Assembly: GCA_964601125.1 (NCBI GenBank)
Contig: CAZRKB010000001.1
Location: forward strand, 6,371 to 49,671
Direction of reading: 5' to 3'
Source: an uncultured Candidatus Saccharibacteria bacterium
Lineage (GTDB): Bacteria; Patescibacteriota; Minisyncoccia; Phycocordibacterales; WO2-35-19
DNA: 43,301 nt
In this document: positions 16,785-24,438 of the stretch, piece by piece
Layout of the letters: every line of letters starts with the position of its first letter
Position numbering within the stretch: position 1 is the first letter of the stretch
The notes under the pieces: generated by a model
What the model saw: only the letters and a program-made list of their open reading frames with translations
Told to the model about the DNA's origin: nothing
Database searches by the model: none
Made by a program: the position numbers and the translations under genes

Positions 16785-17273
16785 ATGGCAAAACCAAAAA
16801 TAAGTGTGATAGCCGCTATAAGCAAAGAAAAAAGAGCCTTGGGTCTCAATGGCAAACTACTGTGGAAAATTGAGGGAGATTTGCCCCGTTTTAAGGCTCT
16901 GACGACGGACCACCCAATCATAATGGGACGAAAAACTTATGAATCAATTGGGAGACCCTTGCCAAACCGCACCAACATAATAATAACCCGCAATCTTGAA
17001 TTTAGATCAGAAGGAATCATCTTGGTACCCTCAATAGAAGAAGCGATTCGCGTAGCAAAAGAAAAGAATGACAGAGAAATTTTCTTAATTGGCGGAGGTG
17101 AGATATATAAACAGGCTTTACCTTTTACTGATCGCCTATATTTAACAGTGGTAGACGATGAGCCAGAAGCTGATACCTTTTTCCCTGATTATTCCGAATT
17201 TAAAAAAATAATAGAAAAAGAGGATCACTTAGAAAGTAACCCCCCTTTCTCTTTTGTAACTTTAGAAAAATAA
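16785..17273 (+). CDS. folA: dihydrofolate reductase
   Basis: ISVIAAIS, IMGRKTYESIG and LIGGGEIY motifs; start moved to MAKPK. Confidence 0.88.
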   Translation: MAKPKISVIAAISKEKRALGLNGKLLWKIEGDLPRFKALTTDHPIIMGRKTYESIGRPLPNRTNIIITRNLEFRSEGIILVPSIEEAIRVAKEKNDREIFLIGGGEIYKQALPFTDRLYLTVVDDEPEADTFFPDYSEFKKIIEKEDHLESNPPFSFVTLEK

Positions 17274-17282
17274 TTAACCTTT

Positions 17283-17293
17283 CACTTCCACCC
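17283..17293. repeat. direct repeat CACTTCCACCC (left copy)
   Basis: Exact 11-mer also at 17373-17383; on the minus strand it reads GGGTGGAAGTG, like the L11 C-terminal codons. Confidence 0.8.
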
Positions 17294-17372
17294 ACGCATA
17301 ATTTCTTGCTAGAAACTTGCGCGGGCCCGCCTCGCACCGTCGTGCTCCGGCCGGCGGAAGTGCGGTTCAACG
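17294..17372 (-). other. 79-nt GC-rich structured insert at the 3' end of rplK
   Basis: G+C-rich block (GCGGGCCCGCCTCGCACCGTCGTGCTCCGGCCGGCGGAAGTGCGG) plus AT hairpin TTTCT-TGCT-AGAAA, bracketed by an 11-nt direct repeat. Confidence 0.6.
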
Positions 17373-17786
17373 CACTTCCACCCCCATGCTCCTGCACTGA
17401 CCGGCGATGATTTTGACGGCTGCTTCGAGGTCGTTTGCGTTAAGATCAACCATCTTCTTTTCTGCGATTTCTTCAAGTTGCTTTCTTGTAATGGTACCCA
17501 CTTTTTGACTGGGAGCCTTGCCAGAACCTTTTTCGATACCCAAAGCTTTCATGATGAGACTTGATGCCGGAGGAGTTTTGAGAACAAAATCAAAAGTGCG
17601 ATCTTCATACACGCTTATATCAGCAGGCACCAACCCATCCATTTCCCTTGTGGCGTCATTAAACTGCTTGACGAATTCACCAATATTAATACCAGCCGGA
17701 CCCAAAGCCGTACCAACAGGAGGCGCAGGGGTTGCCTTGCCGGCCGCGATCACTAATTTTATTTTTTTTGATACTTTTTTTGCCAT
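17367..17786 (-). CDS. rplK: 50S ribosomal protein L11
   Basis: 139 aa; [22 protein letters not shown] motif; follows nusG. Confidence 0.95.
   Translation of the reverse strand: MAKKVSKKIKLVIAAGKATPAPPVGTALGPAGINIGEFVKQFNDATREMDGLVPADISVYEDRTFDFVLKTPPASSLIMKALGIEKGSGKAPSQKVGTITRKQLEEIAEKKMVDLNANDLEAAVKIIAGQCRSMGVEVR
17373..17383. repeat. direct repeat CACTTCCACCC (right copy, inside the rplK C-terminal codons)
   Basis: Exact 11-mer match to 17283-17293. Confidence 0.8.
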
Positions 17787-17894
17787 ACGCCGAATATATT
17801 ACATTATAAATTTACATTTGCAACCTTAACCTTTTTGCACCGCCCAAGGTTACAGAAGTAGGCGGCATCAAAAGATTTATAGTCGCTTTGCTTC

Positions 17895-18440
17895 TTAAAT
17901 CTTTTTGACTTGCAAGAAGTCGAGTTCAACCGGAGTTTCTCTGCCAAACATCGGCACTAACACTTTTACTTTGCCCCTATTTTCATCAACTTCTCCAACC
18001 TTACCCTCCAAATCCTTAAATGGGCCATCAGCGATTTTTACAGCATCGCCCTCAGAAAGATCTATGTTGTGTTTAACCTTTTCTGAGCTCATCCTCTTAA
18101 ATAGCTCGTCTACCTCTTTTTGATCAAGTGGCACTGGGAAAACCCCTGAACCGACAAACCCTGTAACACGAGGGGTGTTCCTGACCACATACCAAGAATC
18201 ATCAGTAACTACCATGTCAACGAGAATGTAACCAGGGTATATTTTTTCTTCCTCCTCTATTCTTTTGTTGCCCTTTATTTTTATCTTCTTTTCAGTTGGT
18301 ACAAGCACGTTGAATATCCTGTCTTCCATTCCAAGAGACTCGATTCGCTGTTTTAAGTTGCGCATAACCGTATTTTCATAGCCAGAATAGGTATGTATGG
18401 CATACCAGTTCCTGCCTTTTTGTATTTGTTGTTTAGACAT
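17895..18440 (-). CDS. nusG: transcription termination/antitermination factor NusG
   Basis: NGN N-terminus WYAIHTYSGYEN and KOW GDAVKIADGPFKDLEGKV; start set to MSKQQ so it does not overlap secE. Confidence 0.93.
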   Translation of the reverse strand: MSKQQIQKGRNWYAIHTYSGYENTVMRNLKQRIESLGMEDRIFNVLVPTEKKIKIKGNKRIEEEEKIYPGYILVDMVVTDDSWYVVRNTPRVTGFVGSGVFPVPLDQKEVDELFKRMSSEKVKHNIDLSEGDAVKIADGPFKDLEGKVGEVDENRGKVKVLVPMFGRETPVELDFLQVKKI

Positions 18441-18444
18441 AATA

Positions 18445-18621
18445 TTAAACAAATAGATTCAAAATTTTACTAAAGACTAAATCGAAAAAACCAAGAAAAA
18501 GAGAGACAGCTATCGAAACGATAACCACTACAGCCGAAAATATGGTCGCCTGTCTTTTTGTCGGCCAACTTACGTGGCTCAATTCTGACTTTGTTTCCCT
18601 TAAATAGCTTATTATTGACAT
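18445..18621 (-). CDS. secE: preprotein translocase subunit SecE
   Basis: 58-aa ORF missing from the track (hand-translated MSIISYLRETKSELSHVSWPTKRQATIFSAVVVIVSIAVSLFLGFFDLVFSKILNLFV); canonical position upstream of nusG. Confidence 0.85.
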   Translation of the reverse strand: MSIISYLRETKSELSHVSWPTKRQATIFSAVVVIVSIAVSLFLGFFDLVFSKILNLFV

Positions 18622-18636
18622 ATGTTTAATTCTATC

Positions 18637-18661
18637 AAAAAACCCCGGAACGGGGTTTTTT
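18637..18661 (-). terminator. rho-independent terminator after the SIMPL gene, upstream of secE
   Basis: AAAAACCCCG-GAA-CGGGGTTTTTT, symmetric A/T tracts. Confidence 0.8.
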
Positions 18662-18710
18662 ATTAACTTGTAGTTCTAATTATACAGAAACCAGAACATC
18701 TGTCAAATGG

Positions 18711-19523
18711 CTATTTGATCTCGTAGGTAATGCTGATATTTGATGTGATTTTAGCTTCGCCGGTAGGGAGCTCCGCTCTCGCAGGAGCCACCGCTGAGAC
18801 TTTCATCATGTCAGCTCCACCCATTCCTTCTGCATAATAAGGACCCGGATAGCCACTGTTATCGTTGTAGTAAATAATGTCTCCAAGACGCACACCGAGC
18901 TGCTTAGCAAGCACTTTAGCCTTTTCTTTGGCCTCTTTTATAGCTTCTTCTCTGGCTTCGGCTACATATTTTTCTCGGTCATCTACAGTAAACTCAAGTC
19001 CGCTTATATTTGAAACATCAGCCGCCCCGACCTTGGTCACAAGATCAGCAGCTTTTTCTGTATCACGCACCTTAACAGACACTGTTTGACTTACTTCATA
19101 ACCAACAAGAGTATTCTTGCCCTGCGGACAAGGAGTAGTAACACAATAGATTTGCTCCCATTCATATTTCGGATAAACGTTGTAGTTGGTTGTTTTTATA
19201 TCTCTATCTTCTACTCCTCCCCCTCTCACAGAAGCAAGACTTTTATTTATCTTCTGATCAAGTTTTTCTTGAGCCTGACTTACGGTATCACCCACTTCGG
19301 TAACAGTGAAGTTAAAGAAGGCTATGTCTGGTATAGCGTAGGCTTCGCCTTCTCCGGTTACCATTATTGTTGACTGTGGGTATATTTCTTTACCTATATT
19401 TGGCAGTTTTTTGAATTCCCCGATTACCTTCACAAACAAAAACGCAGAAAAGAGCACTAGAGAAATAGCTGTCCATTTGGAAATCCTTCTAGCACCCTCC
19501 TCTCCGAAAAATTGATTAAACAT
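18711..19523 (-). CDS. SIMPL/DUF541-domain periplasmic protein
   Basis: 270 aa; N-terminal TM/signal anchor; resembles the 26-kDa periplasmic immunogenic protein family. Confidence 0.65.
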   Translation of the reverse strand: MFNQFFGEEGARRISKWTAISLVLFSAFLFVKVIGEFKKLPNIGKEIYPQSTIMVTGEGEAYAIPDIAFFNFTVTEVGDTVSQAQEKLDQKINKSLASVRGGGVEDRDIKTTNYNVYPKYEWEQIYCVTTPCPQGKNTLVGYEVSQTVSVKVRDTEKAADLVTKVGAADVSNISGLEFTVDDREKYVAEAREEAIKEAKEKAKVLAKQLGVRLGDIIYYNDNSGYPGPYYAEGMGGADMMKVSAVAPARAELPTGEAKITSNISITYEIK

Positions 19524-19571
19524 GGTATTTAAGTTAATTATAACTACCCCATTATATCATAAATAATGATT

Positions 19572-20432
19572 TTATATATTAGAGACCGAGAGTTCTAATA
19601 AATTTTTAAAAAGACAAGCGACCGTAACCGGCCCCACACCCCCTGGTACTGGAGTTATGGCTCTAACCAAAGGTTCAACTTCAGCAAAATCGACATCGCC
19701 CACAAAAAAAGATTTACTTTCTTGCCCCCCTCTTAGAGTAAGAGGGGGGTTGGGGGGTGATACTCGATTGATCCCCACATCAATAATAACCTGATTTTTA
19801 TTTGTAAAATCTTTTGTTACTAAGCCCACCTTACCAACAGCAGAAATTAAAATATCGCTATTTTTAGATATTTCCGGCACATTTTTTGTATTAATGTCAC
19901 ACCTTTCAACTTGGGCTTTTATTCTTTCCAACTCATCAGCGATCGGCTTCCCTGCAAGCAACGATTGACCCAAAACTGCAACTTTTTTGCCCTCAATTTC
20001 AATTTTATAAAAATCTAAGATAGCCAAAACCGCGCGAGCCGTAGCGGGTGTTACAAGAACCCTGCCCTCTTCTTCTAGCTCAGTAAGACCATCCGCGTCT
20101 TTGCCTTTTTTTATATAACTTAAAATTTTCTGCGCATTTAAATGCTGGGGTAGTGGCAATTGAATAATTATACCGTGGACACCCCTATCTTCGTTTAAGT
20201 TTTCTATTTCTTTTATCAAAATCTCTTCCTCTACACCCTCTTCAAATCTTTTATGTACCGCATTGGCTCCGATTTCATCAGCAAATTTAATTTTATTTTT
20301 TATATAAAGATTTGAATCAGGCCTATCGCCGACTTGCACAATAGCCAAAACAGGCTTTTGTTCCAGCTTTTTCATTCTCTCTATGAGTCTCTTCTTTATT
20401 TCCTCCCGCACGGGGGTTCCGTATAAAATCAT
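19572..20432 (-). CDS. folD: bifunctional methylene-THF dehydrogenase/methenyl-THF cyclohydrolase
   Basis: 286 aa; IIDVGINR and ITPVPGGVGPVTVA motifs; family 1 repeat copy B in frame. Confidence 0.93.
   Translation of the reverse strand: MILYGTPVREEIKKRLIERMKKLEQKPVLAIVQVGDRPDSNLYIKNKIKFADEIGANAVHKRFEEGVEEEILIKEIENLNEDRGVHGIIIQLPLPQHLNAQKILSYIKKGKDADGLTELEEEGRVLVTPATARAVLAILDFYKIEIEGKKVAVLGQSLLAGKPIADELERIKAQVERCDINTKNVPEISKNSDILISAVGKVGLVTKDFTNKNQVIIDVGINRVSPPNPPLTLRGGQESKSFFVGDVDFAEVEPLVRAITPVPGGVGPVTVACLFKNLLELSVSNI
19725..19760 (+). repeat. family 1 element, copy B, inside folD (antisense to the gene)
   Basis: CCCCCCTCT-TAGAGTA-AGAGGGGGG-TTGGGGGGTGA; 36 nt, i.e. 12 codons, encoding SPPNPPLTLRGG. 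Confidence 0.85.
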
Positions 20433-20454
20433 GATTTATGTTATCCTAAATATT

Positions 20455-21036
20455 ATGCATGGTTTTGGGAAATGGCAAAGGCTGCGGGAACTGACTTTTG
20501 GATTTTTTATTGTCTTGATTATTTTATCAAGCGTCCTTTACTTTTTCCTGAAAGACGACTTGTCGCTTGAAGAATTTCATACCGCCATAGGCAACTTTGG
20601 CATATGGGCACCAGCTATATTTATAGTCTTTTTTATTGTTGGAAGCATTTTCATCCCCTCGACCCCTTTTATGGTGGCGGCGGGAATATTTTTTGGACTA
20701 AAGTATGGATTTATTTACACAATGATCGGAGGGATTTCTAGCGCGCTTTTGTCTTTCATAGTTTCAAGGAGCCTAGGGAAAAATTGGGCTGAGAGTATTT
20801 TACAAAAAGATTACATGAAAAGGCTCGATGGGTATAATAAGCGGCTCGAGGATGGCGGCGCTATCTGGGATTTGGCTTTTTTACGCCTTATCCCAATGCC
20901 ATTTAATGTGCTCAATATCTTGATGGGCGTCTCAAGGATAAGCCTAAAAGATTACTCTATCGGCACACTTTTGGGTCTCGTGCCGAGCAACATCATCGCA
21001 GTATATGCCGGTGTTGTTTTATCAAAAATATTTTAG
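20455..21036 (+). CDS. TVP38/TMEM64 (DedA-related) membrane protein
   Basis: Multi-TM protein with motif FLRLIPMPFNVLNILMGVS; start uncertain (20431 or 20455). Confidence 0.65.
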   Translation: MHGFGKWQRLRELTFGFFIVLIILSSVLYFFLKDDLSLEEFHTAIGNFGIWAPAIFIVFFIVGSIFIPSTPFMVAAGIFFGLKYGFIYTMIGGISSALLSFIVSRSLGKNWAESILQKDYMKRLDGYNKRLEDGGAIWDLAFLRLIPMPFNVLNILMGVSRISLKDYSIGTLLGLVPSNIIAVYAGVVLSKIF

Positions 21037-21042
21037 AGAAAA

Positions 21043-21429
21043 TTAGGTAGCTTTTTTACCATCTTCACCAAGCACTCTCTCTATGTCTTGGACTATGGAC
21101 TCAAGACTTTCATCTGATTTAATGACATAACCCACGGCTCCCATCGCCATCACGTCGCTAATCTTTTTTACGCTTGAAAGATTAGACGAAACCAGCACCG
21201 GTACTTTTGGAAATTCGTCTGAATCTTGTATTTTTTTAAGAAAAGACGCTCCATCGAGCTTTGGCATCATAAGATCAAGTACGACTAGATCCGGTTTTTC
21301 ATTTTTAAGTTTATCCAAACCAACTTCCCCATCTTCTGCGTGTACCAAAGAGTATTTTTCTTTAGGCAAAGCAGCTTCTAGTGTCTTTGCAAAAAATTGA
21401 TCGTCGTCTATCACCAAAATCTTTTTCAT
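21043..21429 (-). CDS. single-domain response regulator (CheY-like receiver)
   Basis: 128 aa; KILVIDDD, PDLVVLDLMMPKLDG; no output domain. Confidence 0.88.
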   Translation of the reverse strand: MKKILVIDDDQFFAKTLEAALPKEKYSLVHAEDGEVGLDKLKNEKPDLVVLDLMMPKLDGASFLKKIQDSDEFPKVPVLVSSNLSSVKKISDVMAMGAVGYVIKSDESLESIVQDIERVLGEDGKKAT

Positions 21430-21432
21430 AAA

Positions 21433-21479
21433 AATACGAAATAACGAATAAATTAACGAATGGTTTCGTTGCTTCGTAT
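21433..21479 (+). repeat. family 2 ACGAA-box element, copy 4 (opposite orientation to the flanking genes, partly palindromic)
   Basis: Plus strand ATACGAAATAACGAATAAATTAACGAAT matches copy 3 at 27 of 28 nt, then the inverted part GGTTTCGTTGCTTCGTAT; kinase-regulator spacer. Confidence 0.75.
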
Positions 21480-21486
21480 TCTATCA

Positions 21487-23253
21487 TTATTTTATAGGGA
21501 TGGTAAAGAAGAAACTAGAGCCAATACCCTCTTTAGAAAAAGCCCCCACTCTTCCTCCATGAGCCTCGGCTATACCTTTGGCGATAACCAAACCAAGCCC
21601 AGTACCCTTGTCTTCTTTTGAAACTGGCGATATTTTTGCCTGTTTATAGGTATGAAAAAGCTCTTTCATATTATTCTCCGGTATGCCTATACCAGTATCA
21701 GTTACCACTACACAAAGAGTGTCCTTGGTTGGATTTAGATCCAGAGTACTTGGAAAAGCTGGGTATTTGGACATGTCTACGCCACTGCGAACATCCGTTT
21801 TACCGTCATAAACAAAAGCTGAGACCAGTATAGCCCCACCTTGGGAAGTAAACTTTAACGCATTTGAAATAAAGTTATTTAATATTTGCTTTATAGCTTG
21901 CGGGTCAAGGTCTACCTTGGTCGGCAGATTCATGTTTAAAAAGCTTTCGAGCATAACCTTCCTTGAATCTGCCGATATTTTATAAAAAGTAATACGATTA
22001 TTAATTATTTCCTTGATATCAGATGGCTCCTTTCTCACCTCAAACTTACCAGCTTGAAGTTTAGACAAATCAAGTATGTCGTTTACCAGCTCGAGCATAG
22101 AGCTAGAGCTCTGATGAGCCATATTTAAATATTCTTTAAACTGCGGAGATCCTGGTACTAGGGCGCCAGACACTACCAACTCAACAATTTTTTTAATGCC
22201 ATCCAAAGGAGAACGCAGTTCATGTACTATCATTGAAGTAAATTCTTCTCTGACGCGCTCTAACTCTATATCTTTGGTAATGTCATGAAAAGAAACCACC
22301 GCACCCAATAGATGATCAGAACCTTTCATGGAAGGGTGAGAAACTGGGTATACTCCGATTTCAAAAAATGACTCGTTTATGTTTACTTTTTCAGCAACAT
22401 AAGACACTTTCTTAGTTAGGGCTTCTTTTAATTTCCCGTGTATATCAAATTTGCCCCCCAAAGCATCTACAAAATCAAAAATACTTATCTCGCCTCCTTC
22501 CGCTTTTTTAGGATCAAAGCCGATTATTCTTTTAATTGCAGGATTGGCGACAATAACCCGATATTCGGTATCAACCATAAGAACTCCGTCCCCCATCGAA
22601 AGCACCATGGCGTTGAGTTTCCCTTTTTCTATTCTCACCACCTCTTGAAGTCTAGAGACAGCTTGCGAGGCTTGGTTGGTTATTTTGTAGAGTATTGTCA
22701 TGTCGGCCTCTTTGTACAATCCTCTTTCTGTATGAGCTATCGTTAGAACTCCAGCCACAGAACCACCGATAACTAGCGGAATATTAAAAAGAGAACCTAC
22801 CCCCTGATCTATTTCTGGAACTATTATGGCACCGGATACAACTTCGTCTATAGATGAATCGTCCAACTTCCTGTCGGTAAGCGCCGAAAGAGAAGCGGTC
22901 ATTTTATCTTTCATTTCTTTCAAGAAATTACGACCGACTGATTTTTCAATATGAGTATTTATTTTTATTTTTTCCGGTACAATTACGGCGTAGCCAACAG
23001 CGCTATAATCGATAAATTGACGCAAAGAGCCTGTGATGATCTGTAAAATTTCTTCAACGTTTAAAGAGTAGCCGACTCTGTCTCCCAATTCTTTGAGGAT
23101 GGCGAGTTCGTATAGTCTACGAGTAGATTCCTCCTTTTCTTTTCTTATTTCTTCTTCGCGTTTTTTAAGAGATGCACGAAAATAGAAAAAGGAATAAAAA
23201 GCAGAAGCAAAAAGAACGAGCGATATGGCGCCTAAAGCAAGCGCGATATTCAT
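21487..23253 (-). CDS. sensor histidine kinase (TM-GAF-PAS-HisKA-HATPase)
   Basis: H-box HELRSPL; G-boxes DTGIGI and GTGLGL; N-terminal TM helix. Confidence 0.9.
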   Translation of the reverse strand: MNIALALGAISLVLFASAFYSFFYFRASLKKREEEIRKEKEESTRRLYELAILKELGDRVGYSLNVEEILQIITGSLRQFIDYSAVGYAVIVPEKIKINTHIEKSVGRNFLKEMKDKMTASLSALTDRKLDDSSIDEVVSGAIIVPEIDQGVGSLFNIPLVIGGSVAGVLTIAHTERGLYKEADMTILYKITNQASQAVSRLQEVVRIEKGKLNAMVLSMGDGVLMVDTEYRVIVANPAIKRIIGFDPKKAEGGEISIFDFVDALGGKFDIHGKLKEALTKKVSYVAEKVNINESFFEIGVYPVSHPSMKGSDHLLGAVVSFHDITKDIELERVREEFTSMIVHELRSPLDGIKKIVELVVSGALVPGSPQFKEYLNMAHQSSSSMLELVNDILDLSKLQAGKFEVRKEPSDIKEIINNRITFYKISADSRKVMLESFLNMNLPTKVDLDPQAIKQILNNFISNALKFTSQGGAILVSAFVYDGKTDVRSGVDMSKYPAFPSTLDLNPTKDTLCVVVTDTGIGIPENNMKELFHTYKQAKISPVSKEDKGTGLGLVIAKGIAEAHGGRVGAFSKEGIGSSFFFTIPIK

Positions 23254-23254
23254 T

Positions 23255-23656
23255 TTAAGTATTAATTATGCCCTTAAGAAGCTTGTTTGATCCGACAACC
23301 ATAAAAATATACCCGAGAGCAAAACATGCTGTATTTACAACATCAAACCAAACGCCCGTAAACCAGTTGCCCAAAAAAGTAGAAATCGTGCCAATTACCA
23401 TTAAAAGCATGCCAAGAGAAATATAATTCATAACAGAACCAAAAAGCCCGCCACCCATCTTCCTTGCGGCGCGAAAAACAAACCATGTAGCAATTACACC
23501 TATTACCACAGACAATAATAGAGATAGGTCTCCAGCAAAATAGGAAGCATAAGCAACCTCATCTCCGGAAACCATAATGTCTCTATTTTGTCCAAAAACC
23601 AGTGCAGGCAAAACAAAGACTGATAATGCGGCGGCTGCTAATTTTATATTTTTCAT
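23255..23656 (-). CDS. hypothetical membrane protein (signal peptide + 3 TM)
   Basis: 133-aa ORF abutting the kinase start (1-nt gap). Confidence 0.5.
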   Translation of the reverse strand: MKNIKLAAAALSVFVLPALVFGQNRDIMVSGDEVAYASYFAGDLSLLLSVVIGVIATWFVFRAARKMGGGLFGSVMNYISLGMLLMVIGTISTFLGNWFTGVWFDVVNTACFALGYIFMVVGSNKLLKGIINT

Positions 23657-23665
23657 TTTATTATC

Positions 23666-23941
23666 TTAATTTAAATTTGTTTTAATTGATGGGTATTTTT
23701 GAAAAATAGAATTAACTGCATTCTTTACTATCTCGCCTGAAAGTGCGACATATTCATCTATAAGTTTCTGCAGAGTCTCCTGCTCTGAGCCCATAACTTC
23801 AGTCACAGTACCGTCGTCCGAGATTTTCATCCCCGGCACATTCCTTGCTTTCAAGATAGCGATCTGGGGACCGAGTATAACAATCTGCTTCTGTATGATC
23901 TCGGTTAGCATTGATTTGTAGTCTTCGTGTGTTGGTTCCAT
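23666..23941 (-). CDS. hypothetical small soluble protein
   Basis: 91-aa ORF, first gene of the kinase operon; no motif recognised. Confidence 0.45.
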   Translation of the reverse strand: MEPTHEDYKSMLTEIIQKQIVILGPQIAILKARNVPGMKISDDGTVTEVMGSEQETLQKLIDEYVALSGEIVKNAVNSIFQKYPSIKTNLN

Positions 23942-24023
23942 AGTGAATGATCGTTAATACTGATAGTTGCTTAAATTTTATAATACAACCAAAAACCGCG
24001 CACTCTTATCTTGGGGATATAAT

Positions 24024-24425
24024 CTAACTTTGAAAATCAATTTCAAAAGGATACATACCCATGCTACAACTACCCTTCATCACCCCGGCCACTGGCGTAC
24101 CAATATCGATATCTGTTAACCCAGAAAAATCGAGGCTCTGCCTAATCTTCTTCTCTGGGATACTGACTGAGGCCGAACAATCAAAAGTGCCCTTGGAATC
24201 AAAGCGAATGGTAGTCGGAATGCCGGCTTTGGCTACACTCCGTCTTGGTTGATAGCCAGCTTTAGCTCGGATCTCAATGATTTGTCGACCATCCACCATC
24301 TTTACATTTGCGCCCGACGCTATAGTCTCTCTAAAATCTTGTTCAACTTCGCGATCTCTGGTTAGCCAGAAAGCGCCCCCTATGAGTAAAAAGGCGATCA
24401 AAATTGAAGTGGTAATCTCTTTCAT
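24024..24425 (-). CDS. membrane-anchored cupredoxin-like protein
   Basis: 133 aa; N-terminal TM helix; C-terminal GSCSMGMYPFE resembles cupredoxin-like proteins found next to copper ATPases. Confidence 0.6.
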   Translation of the reverse strand: MKEITTSILIAFLLIGGAFWLTRDREVEQDFRETIASGANVKMVDGRQIIEIRAKAGYQPRRSVAKAGIPTTIRFDSKGTFDCSASVSIPEKKIRQSLDFSGLTDIDIGTPVAGVMKGSCSMGMYPFEIDFQS

Positions 24426-24438
24426 GATTATATTTTAC

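Noticed and set aside
17200-17397. ORF 17200..17397(-) spanning the GC-rich block after rplK
   Set aside because: It overlaps the folA 3' end and the rplK stop. Its Gly/Arg/Ser-rich translation simply reflects the G+C-rich insert, so it is treated as non-coding structured DNA.
17787-17894. rplK leader hairpins (GCCGCC...GGCGGT, TGCAA...TTGCA) as an L1-binding autoregulatory site
   Set aside because: I could not recognise the 23S-mimic L1 motif. rplA is not downstream, so the classical L11-operon feedback has no obvious target here.
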